IMG/VR virus record: IMGVR_UViG_3300010938_000951
Location: 1 to 64,000 of that record
Reading direction: 5' to 3' (one strand)
DNA length: 64,000 nt
The notes below the pieces were generated by a model that was given only the letters and a program-made list of their open reading frames with translations, was not told the DNA's origin and made no database searches. This document shows positions 1 through 10,441 of this stretch, one piece after another (within the stretch, counting starts at the first letter, position 1; every line of letters starts with the position of its first letter). The position numbers and the translations under genes are program-made.

Positions 1-465
1 ATGCTAAGAAAAATCTGTAATTGGTTGGCTAAACATTTACCATCATTTACCATTCCAACGCCTGATGGCGAACCATATCTCACTAGATATTATTTATTTG
101 GTGCGGATCGTAAATGGGGAAATATTTTCTTGCATCACTTTCATTCTTCCGACAAAGATATGGCTCCAAGTGGTACGTATTATTTACACAATCACCCTTG
201 GCCATGGTCTTTCTCCATTATCCTCGTAGGTGGATATGTTGAAGAAAGGCGCCGAGCTGATGATTCTATTGAAGAAAGAACTTACCTTCCCGGTTCAATT
301 AATACGATGACAGATAAAGATTTTCATCGTGTTGAATTAATTGGTAAAGATGGTTGGAGTCTCTTTTTTACTGGCTGGCGCTCTGATAAACGTAGCTGGG
401 GATTCTGGGATAGAATCACCAAAGAATATCTTGACTTTAAAAATTTCGCAAAAGCGATTGAATGA
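1..465 (+). CDS. cupin-like phage protein (HxHPW motif)
   Basis: LHHFH...HNHPW...GGYVE...FHRV...WGF; paralog of 5304..5792. Confidence 0.6.
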   Translation: MLRKICNWLAKHLPSFTIPTPDGEPYLTRYYLFGADRKWGNIFLHHFHSSDKDMAPSGTYYLHNHPWPWSFSIILVGGYVEERRRADDSIEERTYLPGSINTMTDKDFHRVELIGKDGWSLFFTGWRSDKRSWGFWDRITKEYLDFKNFAKAIE

Positions 466-478
466 GGAAGGAAAGTCA

Positions 479-1360
479 ATGTCAAAAGAAAAGAAATCAA
501 GTGCTGGGCTATGGACATTATTTGCTAAGCTTGGTAGCAAAATGTTTAGCATCGGCGCTAAACTTTTAAAGGGACTTAAGTTTACTAAAGTTGGTTTAGC
601 GGGGCTATCTCTTGCTGGGTATGCTGCCGTTTATACTTGGAAGTTCGCACTGTTATTAATGATTGCAGTTGGCTTTCATGAGAGTGGCCACGTATGGGCC
701 ATGAAGAAGATGGGAATCAAAACCAAAGGATTCTACTTCTTACCTTTTATTGGCGGTGCAGCTATCGCTGAAGAAGAGTACAAAACGTACGGAGAAAATG
801 CATACATTGCTATCATGGGTCCAGTCTGGGGCGCTTTACTAGCGGGGCTTTGTGCTGTGGCTTATTATGTTACAGGGATCCCACTATTGGCAGCGGCTGC
901 CGCATGGATGGCAACGTTGAATATTTTCAACCTACTACCCATCTCTCCACTAGATGGCGGACAGTTAATGCGATCAATTGCTTTCTCAATTCATAAAAAC
1001 CTAGGAGTTATCTTCTTGGCTTTATCTATGATTTTGGGCGTGGTAATTATGATCAAATTAAAAGTTGGATTATTTGCCCTAATTCTTATCGTTGGTGGTT
1101 TAGAATTATTCTTAGAATTACGCAAACGTTTCCTTCTTGCCAAAGTAAAATCTGGAGATTTGCCGACTTGGAAACTCCCAGAATCAATGTTTGATGATTC
1201 GCAGCCAGACGGTCTCAAAAAATATCCTGATTCGATGAATGGAAAACAATTAGCTCTCACAGCAGTATCTTACGTGGGTACCATTGCTGTACTAATTAGT
1301 ATCTTATTCTTGATGGCACATGCTCCGGGAGCTGATCTAGCAAAACAGTTCCTCGAATGA
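479..1360 (+). CDS. site-2 protease family (M50) membrane metalloprotease
   Basis: HESGH zinc motif, NLLPISPLDGG motif, several TM helices; ATG at 479 after GAGGA. Confidence 0.9.
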   Translation: MSKEKKSSAGLWTLFAKLGSKMFSIGAKLLKGLKFTKVGLAGLSLAGYAAVYTWKFALLLMIAVGFHESGHVWAMKKMGIKTKGFYFLPFIGGAAIAEEEYKTYGENAYIAIMGPVWGALLAGLCAVAYYVTGIPLLAAAAAWMATLNIFNLLPISPLDGGQLMRSIAFSIHKNLGVIFLALSMILGVVIMIKLKVGLFALILIVGGLELFLELRKRFLLAKVKSGDLPTWKLPESMFDDSQPDGLKKYPDSMNGKQLALTAVSYVGTIAVLISILFLMAHAPGADLAKQFLE

Positions 1361-1573
1361 TCGATCATTTATTACGATCATTATCAAGGGTATGCTACGA
1401 TCAACTTACTATACACCCCCTATAGATCCCCCATCGCGATGTCGAGATCAAGTTCAAAAAGATTTTGAATAGCTTTGGCGCCATGTTTTCTTATAAATTA
1501 GCTAAGGTTAGTATTGACCTCCGACATGGTTATGGTTCTATGGGATTAGAATAAATTGAAAGAACAATATACA

Positions 1574-1762
1574 ATGAGCAACCTTTCACTTAAGCCTTGT
1601 CCTATCTGTAAAAAGATGATGTGGGTCATTGGTACCGATGCTAAAGGTAAAAAGATTACCTCTTGCGGCCATAAGTTTAGATTTAAAAAGACCAAGTCTC
1701 AAAAGGACATGGATCGGAAGTATGTCCGTACTCCTGATGGCGGATTAGAATTGGTAAAATAA
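1574..1762 (+). CDS. small zinc-ribbon protein
   Basis: CPIC...CGH. Confidence 0.55.
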   Translation: MSNLSLKPCPICKKMMWVIGTDAKGKKITSCGHKFRFKKTKSQKDMDRKYVRTPDGGLELVK

Positions 1763-2211
1763 TGAGCAAAGAATTTCATAGAAATGATAAAGCTGACCGT
1801 TCTGCTTGGGCTCCTGGCCCCTGGGATGAGGAACCAGACTTCTATGAATGGACTACATCTGTAGGATATGAAGCTTATATGTTTCGTCTAGACAGTGGTG
1901 CATGGGCTGCATCTATTACCGCTCCACACCCTCAAGGTATGATGCTATTAGCATTCTCACATCATATGCGCGATACTTATCCCAATGCTCATCAAGCAGG
2001 AATGATTTCCAAAACAGACATTGAAGGGATTGGTGAATTCTGTTTGAGTATGGAACACTATGCTAGTCCCGGTCCTGCATATGGTGGTCGTACTTGGAAT
2101 CGTGGCCCCTATAAGACATTATCTGAAGTAATTCAAATCTGTGAAGATGTTGCTTCTAATATTTATGAGACACATAAGAGCGGTACTTATATAAATTATT
2201 TTAAGATGTAG
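1762..2211 (+). CDS. hypothetical protein
   Basis: ORF coupled to upstream stop (TAATG). Confidence 0.6.
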   Translation: MSKEFHRNDKADRSAWAPGPWDEEPDFYEWTTSVGYEAYMFRLDSGAWAASITAPHPQGMMLLAFSHHMRDTYPNAHQAGMISKTDIEGIGEFCLSMEHYASPGPAYGGRTWNRGPYKTLSEVIQICEDVASNIYETHKSGTYINYFKM

Positions 2212-2226
2212 GCACATATCCTACAC

Positions 2227-2254
2227 TTGACCGCGAAAAATTCGTGATTACATT
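2227..2254 (+). promoter_or_regulatory. sigma70-like promoter
   Basis: TTGACC-N16-TACATT. Confidence 0.6.
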
Positions 2255-2275
2255 TTTAACAAATTGGTGATTCAA

Positions 2276-2647
2276 ATGACTGATCGAGATGATTTCAGAG
2301 GCGGAATGCCTGCTCCACGAAAGACTCAAGCATACTCTTTTGTTGAGCCACAGAGAGTAGTGAACGTAGGAGAGCGCTCAGTGGAACCAACTATTCCAAT
2401 GGAAGCTATGGAAATTCTCTCTGTCAAAGATGTTGTTCATCGTTTGATTGAGCGCAATCTTCAAGCATGGAAAGCTTTGCCAGAACGCATCCGAGATAAG
2501 ATGCTGGAAAGTCCACAAGATTTTCAGCTTATTATGAATAAGCTTGCCAAAGAAGGCGATTTTGATTACAATATTCTATACAATGGTACTGTGTGGCGCT
2601 ATCACAATACTGCCCTTGTATGGATGATTTCTGATATCATACGATGA
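2276..2647 (+). CDS. hypothetical protein
   Basis: ORF downstream of promoter. Confidence 0.6.
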   Translation: MTDRDDFRGGMPAPRKTQAYSFVEPQRVVNVGERSVEPTIPMEAMEILSVKDVVHRLIERNLQAWKALPERIRDKMLESPQDFQLIMNKLAKEGDFDYNILYNGTVWRYHNTALVWMISDIIR

Positions 2648-3147
2648 AAATAGTATTTCTTGACATAGACGGTGTGTTCAATTCGGCCAACTACAACAAC
2701 TCAGAGAGATATCTCTTAGAAACTGCGGGTATGTCAGACGCCGAGATTATGTTGATTGCGCACCACACTCATCTCGACCCTCTATCAATTCAAATATTCA
2801 ATGATTTGATTAAGCGATCTGGAGCTGTAGTTGTTTTATCTTCTACATGGCGAGCCCGTTATTCTCCCGAAGAGATGACCAAGATGCTACAGGATCGAGG
2901 TGCCGAGTTTGAGATTAAGGAATCCACACCAATTCTTTTTGGTAAGATGTCCTCTCGTATCCCAAGAGGAAAAGAGATTGCTGCCTATTTAAAAGGATTA
3001 CAAGAGCAACCAGAGTCATTTGTTATTCTTGATGATCATGATGATATGTTACATCTTAAGCCGTTTCTTATTCAAACATCTGTAAAAACGGGTATTACTA
3101 TTCAAGATGTTGAAAAGGCTCTCAAAATTCTAAACGGAGACAAGTAA
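2644..3147 (+). CDS. HAD-family phosphatase (Swiss-army-knife RNA-repair-like HAD)
   Basis: FLDIDGV motif I, VVLSSTWR, RGKEI, FVILDD. Confidence 0.8.
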   Translation: MKIVFLDIDGVFNSANYNNSERYLLETAGMSDAEIMLIAHHTHLDPLSIQIFNDLIKRSGAVVVLSSTWRARYSPEEMTKMLQDRGAEFEIKESTPILFGKMSSRIPRGKEIAAYLKGLQEQPESFVILDDHDDMLHLKPFLIQTSVKTGITIQDVEKALKILNGDK

Positions 3148-3148
3148 G

Positions 3149-3646
3149 ATGCATTGGTGTATGGATGAAACACTTGCGTTATTGGCTATGATTCCTGTCA
3201 TTGGCTATTTCTTTCGCAAGCTTCATGTCTGGTGGCATGAGAAAATTTCTCATACTTGTCATGAAAAACATTGTGATGAAACTCATGCAGAGCATCCTGA
3301 GTTTCAATTTTCACCCAACTCTCCTTATCATCCCGATAATTGGCATAAGCCTGTGATTGTATCTGATCAAGACATGGAATATTTGCGAAGAGCACCAGCG
3401 CCATTGAAGATAACAATACCTGTTACTATTTGGGATTCTATTGAACAAGAAGATGTTGCTGAACGTTTTGGCAATGACTTAGTTATCTTTTTGTACGCAG
3501 AGCTAGAAGATGCCGGACTTACTAATATTAGTAAGGAAGAAGTGCATTGGTATATCAATGACAAAGCAGAACTTCAAGTAGAAGTTCGTGACAAAATATT
3601 TCTTCATGATTATCAAACTTGCGAATATGGATGGAGAATGGCATGA
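3149..3646 (+). CDS. hypothetical protein with N-terminal hydrophobic helix
   Basis: ORF in operon. Confidence 0.55.
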   Translation: MHWCMDETLALLAMIPVIGYFFRKLHVWWHEKISHTCHEKHCDETHAEHPEFQFSPNSPYHPDNWHKPVIVSDQDMEYLRRAPAPLKITIPVTIWDSIEQEDVAERFGNDLVIFLYAELEDAGLTNISKEEVHWYINDKAELQVEVRDKIFLHDYQTCEYGWRMA

Positions 3647-3870
3647 AAAGATACAAAGCCATCATGCATTTCAATAAGCCCGGCTCTGCACAGGGTAAAC
3701 CCTGGACAGTGCATTGGCGCGGAACATGTTATCAAGTCGAAGAAATTAGGTGTATGGTTCCTATGGTTTCTGAATGGAAACCAAATAAAAAAAGTAATCC
3801 ACGCGCCTTCTTTACCGCACAAGTAGCAACGCTATCAATTACACAAAATGGTATAGCAATATTACAATGA
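3643..3870 (+). CDS. hypothetical protein
   Basis: ATGA overlap with upstream gene. Confidence 0.55.
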   Translation: MKRYKAIMHFNKPGSAQGKPWTVHWRGTCYQVEEIRCMVPMVSEWKPNKKSNPRAFFTAQVATLSITQNGIAILQ

Positions 3871-4058
3871 ACGACGCAAATTCTAAATTAGAAAATTATT
3901 CCCACAGAGAGATTATGGTTGCCCTTGCAAAGCTTCAGGAAAAATTTCCTGCGGTTTATCGTTGGTTTCTCATCTGGGAACTGGAGAAGATGTATGGTGC
4001 CAGAGGAAGTGATTCAGGATTGGATCAAGAACAAGAAGCGAATCCAGGATCGCCTTAA
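3867..4058 (+). CDS. hypothetical protein
   Basis: ATGA overlap. Confidence 0.45.
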   Translation: MNDANSKLENYSHREIMVALAKLQEKFPAVYRWFLIWELEKMYGARGSDSGLDQEQEANPGSP

Positions 4059-4135
4059 CCGTATTAAAAAGCGCTTGAAAAAACTTCAGAAGCAAGAAAA
4101 ACATTTTGAGATGCGACTAAGGATGATTCAAAAAC

Positions 4136-4603
4136 ATGAAAAAGAAAGTGCTATCAAAGAAGAAATCAGAACCAATTCGACACGAAATCCGGACGGACTA
4201 TCTGGGTAAAGTGTATGGTAAGGAGTTTCTTAAGCTGGTCCCCAAAGCAGCCAAGAAGCTCCGAGCTATTAAGCGTAAGCATCCATTTGATGCTATCGCG
4301 TTTACAGGATCTAGTGGGGCGGCATTAGCGTATCCACTATCTTATCTTTTAAAGATGCCACTTATCCATGTGCGAAAGGGTAGTAGTCACTATAGCGGCA
4401 AAATTGAAGGAACTATTTCTTCTAAAAAATATATCATCATCGATGATTTTATTGATACTGGTAAAACCTTACTTAAGGTCATGAAAACTATTGATGAGGC
4501 CCTTGAGAAGAAAGCTAAGCCGGTTGCTATTTGTCTCTATAGTTCTGGTCGTGAAAGTGATTTTTCTTTCAATAAGAAAAAGATTCCAGTATTTACGGTG
4601 TAA
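4136..4603 (+). CDS. type I phosphoribosyltransferase
   Basis: IIIDDFIDTGKT PRPP-binding motif; IHVRK. Confidence 0.85.
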   Translation: MKKKVLSKKKSEPIRHEIRTDYLGKVYGKEFLKLVPKAAKKLRAIKRKHPFDAIAFTGSSGAALAYPLSYLLKMPLIHVRKGSSHYSGKIEGTISSKKYIIIDDFIDTGKTLLKVMKTIDEALEKKAKPVAICLYSSGRESDFSFNKKKIPVFTV

Positions 4604-4612
4604 ATTAATACA

Positions 4613-4969
4613 ATGAAACCTTATATGCACGCTAAAAATAGTGCCAAAAAGCATGGTGGTAAGCCGGAAGATTACCAAAAAATTCATGACTTCATTGACT
4701 CTACTAAGGCCGCTATGCCAGATATGAGACATCGAGCAATCTTACATAGTGCATTTGGTATTTTTATGGTAGAGCAAGTGTTTGGAACTACCATCACCAA
4801 CTCAGAGGGCAAGAAGGTTTGCACTCGCGACCTAGCCGAGGATCATGTCATTGAAGACCTGGGATTCATTCCTACTATGGAGCACTGGTTAAAAAATATG
4901 ACTATGCAGGATTGGATGTTTGGTGGCCGTCGCAAAGAAGTCAAAGATAAGTTTATTAAAATTGACTGA
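4613..4969 (+). CDS. conserved phage protein (DUF6915-like)
   Basis: HAKNSAKKHGG.PEDY..IHDFID, HRAILH, EDHVIED. Confidence 0.55.
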   Translation: MKPYMHAKNSAKKHGGKPEDYQKIHDFIDSTKAAMPDMRHRAILHSAFGIFMVEQVFGTTITNSEGKKVCTRDLAEDHVIEDLGFIPTMEHWLKNMTMQDWMFGGRRKEVKDKFIKID

Positions 4970-4977
4970 GAAGTAAA

Positions 4978-5301
4978 ATGTCAAAAGGTATATGGGAAAT
5001 ATTAGTACCAACTGTGCGTCGATTGGAGCCAGGAAAGTACTATACTACCCGATATCATCGTGTTTGGGATAGCAAAGTTCGGGCTATTACTGGAGGATTA
5101 ACGGTAATGGCCCCCGCTCGTGGACAATGGATTAACCCTACTACAGGCGAGCTATTTCAAGAAAGAATGATTCCTGTTAGGATTGTAGCTACTCGTGAAG
5201 AAATTGAACAAGTAGTTGATCTAACACTTAAATATTATGACCAACTTGCTGTTCTTTGTTACAAGATTAGTGATGAAGTCATTTTGAAATATAAGGATTG
5301 A
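4978..5301 (+). CDS. hypothetical protein
   Basis: ORF in operon. Confidence 0.6.
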   Translation: MSKGIWEILVPTVRRLEPGKYYTTRYHRVWDSKVRAITGGLTVMAPARGQWINPTTGELFQERMIPVRIVATREEIEQVVDLTLKYYDQLAVLCYKISDEVILKYKD

Positions 5302-5303
5302 AA

Positions 5304-5792
5304 ATGAGTTGGTTTCCTATTGGTGCTATTTTATATATGCGCGAGGTTATCCGTAGCCTCTTCTTAGTAAAAGAGATTGTTTCCAAAGAAGGTCAAGTGC
5401 ATTTTAGACGATGGCGCCTATTAGCTACTCCTTGGTTTAACATCTACATTCACAACATTCTAAGGTCTGACGAGGAGGCTCACCCTCATGATCATCCTTG
5501 GAATTTCCTTTCTTTTATTCTGAAAGGTGGATACACAGAAGCATGGCTTCCGTTTTATGAAGATGTGGCTTTTAGGAATGGTGCCTCTCTTCTTAATTCT
5601 AAGAGGCGACCAGGCACTTTCGTGTATCACGATGCAAAAGATTTTCATAAGCTTACACTATTAAAAGGTAGTGCTTGGACTTTGGTGTTCACATTTGGCA
5701 AACGACGCCCCACTTGGGGGTTCCAGACTGAACAAGGCTGGATTGAACACAAGGCATACCGAGAATTAAAACATGAGGGAAAGTTACGATGA
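5304..5792 (+). CDS. cupin-like phage protein (HDHPW motif)
   Basis: HPHDHPWNF..GGYTE..FHKL..WGF; paralog of 1..465. Confidence 0.6.
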   Translation: MSWFPIGAILYMREVIRSLFLVKEIVSKEGQVHFRRWRLLATPWFNIYIHNILRSDEEAHPHDHPWNFLSFILKGGYTEAWLPFYEDVAFRNGASLLNSKRRPGTFVYHDAKDFHKLTLLKGSAWTLVFTFGKRRPTWGFQTEQGWIEHKAYRELKHEGKLR

Positions 5793-6274
5793 AGTTTAAA
5801 GAAGGTGATAGGGTTGGGGCTGGTGTAGATGAAGAGGGTGGGTTTACTAAGAAACTTCGCTATGATGGCGAATTTTGTGATGGTCCAGTCTTCGGCAAAG
5901 TAACGGATGTTATTTCTGCTACTAAGGTAAAAGTCTTATGGGACGATAATTACCTTAATGATCATAGCGATTCATTTAGTAAGAAAACTGGTAAATTGCT
6001 AAAGTCTATCCCAGTTCCGCGAGAGATGGATGTAAAGTTTCTATTGCCCGAAGAGGAATGCAAAAAGAAATTTTCTGAGCTAGAAAAAGAATATGAAGAT
6101 ATTGCAGTCCAAGTTCGCGCCAAGCTAAAGGAAGCTGGATCTTTGATTAAAGAAGCCAATAAGCTTGCTAAAAAAGCTGGGGCTGATTCTTTAGCTGATA
6201 TGTATGATGCAATTGACCCGCTTGAGTCGGCTATGGATGCTTGTGGTTGGCGCAGTTCTTCTTGGAGTTGTTAA
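5789..6274 (+). CDS. hypothetical protein
   Basis: C-terminus GWRSSSWSC resembles that of 16820..17155. Confidence 0.6.
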   Translation: MKFKEGDRVGAGVDEEGGFTKKLRYDGEFCDGPVFGKVTDVISATKVKVLWDDNYLNDHSDSFSKKTGKLLKSIPVPREMDVKFLLPEEECKKKFSELEKEYEDIAVQVRAKLKEAGSLIKEANKLAKKAGADSLADMYDAIDPLESAMDACGWRSSSWSC

Positions 6275-6275
6275 G

Positions 6276-6698
6276 ATGGATACCGTATATGTTTTAATGG
6301 AAGAGGGATGGGAATATAATGATGAGATTTATTTCCGTTCAGAGGGCGGAAGTGGATCGCCTCATTCTTTCTTTACTGATAAAGAAAAAGCCCAAGCGGA
6401 ATGTGATAAGCGCAATCTAGATTCCTTTAGAAAACTGTGGGAGTCTGGAGAGATTCGTGAGTATTGTTATGGGTTTGATGATCTTATCCCATACAACAGT
6501 CGGAAAGATAGAGCAAAACGCAAAGCGTTAGACAAGATTTGTGAGAAGATTTTCGGCAAGGATTTCGGGGAAATTTCCGAAGATTTTTACAACGATGAAG
6601 ATGTAAAAATCGAATCAAGATCCGATGAAGATTGGAAAGAACTCATGTCTTATTTAAAGCTTAATTTCTGGGAAGTAGTTCCGGTAGAAAAGGGATGA
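6276..6698 (+). CDS. hypothetical protein
   Basis: ATG just after upstream stop. Confidence 0.6.
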   Translation: MDTVYVLMEEGWEYNDEIYFRSEGGSGSPHSFFTDKEKAQAECDKRNLDSFRKLWESGEIREYCYGFDDLIPYNSRKDRAKRKALDKICEKIFGKDFGEISEDFYNDEDVKIESRSDEDWKELMSYLKLNFWEVVPVEKG

Positions 6699-6701
6699 TC
6701 A

Positions 6702-7130
6702 ATGGCTAAGTTATTTGATGAGCTAACTGCGCTCAAAGAAGCATACGATACTAAGCTTGAAGAAGAAGGAGAAGATGCTGTAAAAGAACTTTTTAAAGAG
6801 TTCTTTGAGGCTCACCCTAAAGCTGCTGCCGTGTCTTGGCGCCAATATACTCCATACTTCAATGATGGTGATCCTTGTTATTTCAGAGTAGGTGAGATGT
6901 CCCTTCATCTTCATGAAGAAGATGACGAGGAAGAAGACTATGATCCTGATGGTGGGTATGATTCTTACAGTCTTTCTCATTCAGAAGATCCTGAATTAAA
7001 AAAGATGAGCGAGGATTTTGATAAGTTAACAGATATTCCTGAAGAAGTTTTGGAGTATGTGTTTGGTGACCACGTTACCATTACAGCCACTTCTGAAGGA
7101 TTTGAAATTACCGAATACGATCACGATTAA
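6702..7130 (+). CDS. conserved acidic phage protein
   Basis: WRQYTPYFNDGDPC and YDHD end motifs. Confidence 0.6.
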   Translation: MAKLFDELTALKEAYDTKLEEEGEDAVKELFKEFFEAHPKAAAVSWRQYTPYFNDGDPCYFRVGEMSLHLHEEDDEEEDYDPDGGYDSYSLSHSEDPELKKMSEDFDKLTDIPEEVLEYVFGDHVTITATSEGFEITEYDHD

Positions 7131-7140
7131 GGACTAACAA

Positions 7141-8295
7141 ATGTTACAATTGCAAATTGCCGATCCCAACGTCAGCACAGGAAGTGTTGCTGTCTCATGG
7201 TGTTTAGACCATGAAGTGCTTAAAGAATTAGCTAACCAAGGTCTCCACGATCCTCAAATTGTGATTGTTGTAGCTCCCACGGAGAAATACCACATTTCAA
7301 AAGAATCTCGTAGGGTTGTTCCTCTAAAAGATTTGATGACTTACATTGAGTGCAGGTCGGCTGGCCCTAATAAAATTTATGCTCTTATCTCATTTAGAGA
7401 GCCGAAAGATGCTAGAGAACATTATCTTTCCAAAGAAGATGGTGCTTACCGGAATAATGTTTTAGATTACGACGGTGAATCCTATAGTTCTCGTTTAATT
7501 GGTCAGGAGGACCCAGACGACATTGAAGCGGGAAATTATAAATATCTTTCTGAGCCCCTTGCAATTAATGTGCCAAAGGGAGTCTTTGCTCCCGAGCCTC
7601 CTAAATGGGAAAAAGCTTGGGTCAATTTGTTTTTCCGAAGTAAAACAGTTGATCAATGTGATTACCGTAGGCGTCGATTGTTTGCCTATTCAATTCAGCT
7701 TTTAATTGTTGGATTCAATTTATTAGTTCGTTCTCTTATATTGCTTCTTGGTTTGCTAACAGGAGCCCGTGATCTCTCATTAAAGTATCTTAATCCTATC
7801 ACGTATAGGTGGAAAGATACTTTTGAAATTTGGGAGAGTGGTAGTGTGTTTATTAAACATCAACCAGAAGATGATAATGCGGGCGAAGAACTTGCATATA
7901 TACCTCCCGGCTATCTACTCCGCAGCTTTTGGCTTGCCCCTCTTATGCCATTGTTTTCAATTCCGGTTGGATTATTAGTGTGGTTTCACCACCCCTACTG
8001 GGCTCTTAGTATTCTTTTAATTGTATTCCTTGCATTACCAGTGTTGTTGGTGACTATATCGTATCTAGCTACTAATGGTAATGGTGGCAGGTTATTTAGA
8101 AAGACATGGAAGTATGTGACTAATTTGTTTACCACTGATGAGTTGTGGTATCTTCAACAAGAAGATATGCAACTTATCACTTGCAATAGTGATAAATCAC
8201 CTACAACTTATAAAAGTCTACCAGCTCGTAAGAAGACAGTTCGTTTACGATTCCAAAACCTAAAAACCAAAGTATGTAAGCCGTTTTCAGTTTGA
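7141..8295 (+). CDS. membrane protein
   Basis: 384 aa with several hydrophobic segments. Confidence 0.65.
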   Translation: MLQLQIADPNVSTGSVAVSWCLDHEVLKELANQGLHDPQIVIVVAPTEKYHISKESRRVVPLKDLMTYIECRSAGPNKIYALISFREPKDAREHYLSKEDGAYRNNVLDYDGESYSSRLIGQEDPDDIEAGNYKYLSEPLAINVPKGVFAPEPPKWEKAWVNLFFRSKTVDQCDYRRRRLFAYSIQLLIVGFNLLVRSLILLLGLLTGARDLSLKYLNPITYRWKDTFEIWESGSVFIKHQPEDDNAGEELAYIPPGYLLRSFWLAPLMPLFSIPVGLLVWFHHPYWALSILLIVFLALPVLLVTISYLATNGNGGRLFRKTWKYVTNLFTTDELWYLQQEDMQLITCNSDKSPTTYKSLPARKKTVRLRFQNLKTKVCKPFSV

Positions 8296-8353
8296 AAGCG
8301 GCCTCCCATTCACGGCGTAAAAGTATACGCATAATAGGTGATATATTAAAGAC

Positions 8354-8437
8354 TTGGGATAGGCTATTCAGAAAACTAGGGTATTTCCCCTCCTTTCTGC
8401 CCGACGTTTCAAATTGATTAGAATAGCCCTATCCCAA
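8354..8437 (+). ncRNA. putative hairpin RNA directly upstream of tRNA-Leu
   Basis: TTGGGATAGGCTATTC pairs with GAATAGCCCTATCCCAA (one bulged C); pyrimidine-rich interior. Confidence 0.45.
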
Positions 8438-8440
8438 CCT

Positions 8441-8523
8441 GCCGAGATGGTGGAATGGCAGACACAGGGCACTCAAAACGCCCCGCGAACAGCGTGAGGG
8501 TTCAAGTCCCTCTCTCGGCACCA
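8441..8523 (+). tRNA. tRNA-Leu(CAA)
   Basis: GCCGAGA/TCTCGGC acceptor, loop CTCAAAA, long variable arm, encoded CCA. Confidence 0.9.
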
Positions 8524-8531
8524 TGATTTAT

Positions 8532-8822
8532 ATGAAAGTTTATTTATTAACAATATTTTTGTGTGCCTGCGCTACAGGGGTTTCCGATCCAATTGATGAT
8601 CCTGTAGTAGAAATTCCTGAGAATAAATCTGCTCCTAAACCAGCACCAACAACACCTTCTGCTTCTTCTTGTGAGGTAGATAGTTATTGGTCGGGTAATT
8701 GTTTTATTAAAAAGACTTATTGTTCTAATCAATTAGAACGAATTGATGTAATGTGTGATAGGGGCAGAAAGCTGTTTCCCTGGGAATATATTCCTGATCC
8801 TCCATTTGATGGTACAAAATAA
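8532..8822 (+). CDS. putative lipoprotein
   Basis: hydrophobic N-terminus with LCAC lipobox-like site, Pro-rich linker. Confidence 0.55.
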   Translation: MKVYLLTIFLCACATGVSDPIDDPVVEIPENKSAPKPAPTTPSASSCEVDSYWSGNCFIKKTYCSNQLERIDVMCDRGRKLFPWEYIPDPPFDGTK

Positions 8823-10441
8823 TGTCCTCAGAAGAAAACCTAATTCAAGTTCGCAAGGATAAGCATCAAGAAATTAATAGCGGCACTTATCCATTAGCCA
8901 GCGATCCGGCAACATTGCCATTTATCACTCATACTAATATTGAGCATGTTCGTCGTATGATTGATCTATTGCGAAATAATGGCAAGTTAGTTACTTCTGT
9001 ATCACCATCTGAATTGGGGGATACTGATAAGTACATCATCAGAGGCCGCATTGCGGCTTTGCGTAAGTCAGGAGCAATTACGTTCATTCGAGTGACTGAT
9101 GCTTCAGGGTCTATACAAGTTATTGTAAGTAAGTCGGCTTTTGATAGCTATGAAAAGCTCAAGCTGCTTGATCTAGGAGACATTGTAGAAATTGGTGGTC
9201 GCGCCTGCCAATCTAAGACTGGCGAAGATTCTTTGCTAGCTTTTACTGTGCGCGTTCTAACCAAGGCACATCGTCCACCACCTGAAAAGTTTGCAGGCAT
9301 TGCAGATCAAGAGCTTAAGTATCGTAAGAGATATCTTGATTTAATGTCTTCAGAAGAGAGTCGCGCTAGGTTTACTGTCCGCGCCTATGCTCTTCGAGCC
9401 ATTCGTGAATTTATGGAGTCTCATACTTTCCTAGAAGTAGAAACTCCTACGCTTGGCGCGATTGCAAGTGGTGCCAACGCTAAGCCATTCATTACGCATC
9501 ACAATGCTTTGGATATGGATATGCGATTGAGAATTGCTCCCGAGCTTTATCTCAAGAGGTTGCTTGTTGGTGGTCTTGATAGAGTGTACGAGATTGGTCG
9601 CAACTATCGTAATGAAGGTATTGATACACGCCACAATCCAGAATTCACTATGATGGAGAGTTATCAAGCATACGGAAATTTCCAACAGCTTGTTAATTTT
9701 GCAAAGCAACTACTACAACATGTAGTATCTTATCTATCTAATAATCTTCCTCCAAGTGCTGCTCCCTTCTATAAGCGGTGGTTGGATGAGGCCCCATATG
9801 AATTTTATCATTGCGTAGATATCAGTATGGAGCAGGCTGCTCTTAACGCTTTAGAGAAGATGGATATGAGAGCAGATGAAGAGTTTGCAATCATTGAATT
9901 CAATCATCTAAATGATGAGGCTCCACCAGAAGCAGTCAAGCGTCGTACAAGCGGAATCAATTGGGTTGCCTTTCACCATTTACTAGGTGAGTGTCAATCC
10001 CGTGGTGAAAGGGTTGCTCTTTGTTTTGAAACGTTTGCCGAACCATTCTTAGTAGATGATTATCGTAATGAATCTGGAAATAAGTCGGTTCCGGTATTCA
10101 TTACTGACTACCCAAAGGATATCTCTCCTTTGGCTAGGGCAAAAGATTCTGATCCATCGATTTGTGATCGATTTGAATTGTTTGTAGATGGTCGAGAATT
10201 GGCAAATGCATTTCAGGAACTAAACGATCCGGAAGAACAAGCTCTTCGTTTTCAGGAACAGTTGGATGCTAACAATAAGGATCCAATGGATTTTGATGCC
10301 GATTATGTAGAGGCATTGGAACATGGTATGCCACCTGCTATTGGATTTGGGATTGGCATTGATAGATTAGTGATGTTACTTACTAATACCACATCTATCA
10401 AGGATGTAATCCTATTTCCAACCTTACGACCGGAGAAGTAA
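8822..10441 (+). CDS. lysS: lysine--tRNA ligase (class II)
   Basis: OB anticodon domain, YRKRYLDL, LRIAPELYLKRL, RNEGID..HNPEFT, ELANAFQELNDP, GMPPAIGFGIGIDRL. Confidence 0.97.
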   Translation: MSSEENLIQVRKDKHQEINSGTYPLASDPATLPFITHTNIEHVRRMIDLLRNNGKLVTSVSPSELGDTDKYIIRGRIAALRKSGAITFIRVTDASGSIQVIVSKSAFDSYEKLKLLDLGDIVEIGGRACQSKTGEDSLLAFTVRVLTKAHRPPPEKFAGIADQELKYRKRYLDLMSSEESRARFTVRAYALRAIREFMESHTFLEVETPTLGAIASGANAKPFITHHNALDMDMRLRIAPELYLKRLLVGGLDRVYEIGRNYRNEGIDTRHNPEFTMMESYQAYGNFQQLVNFAKQLLQHVVSYLSNNLPPSAAPFYKRWLDEAPYEFYHCVDISMEQAALNALEKMDMRADEEFAIIEFNHLNDEAPPEAVKRRTSGINWVAFHHLLGECQSRGERVALCFETFAEPFLVDDYRNESGNKSVPVFITDYPKDISPLARAKDSDPSICDRFELFVDGRELANAFQELNDPEEQALRFQEQLDANNKDPMDFDADYVEALEHGMPPAIGFGIGIDRLVMLLTNTTSIKDVILFPTLRPEK

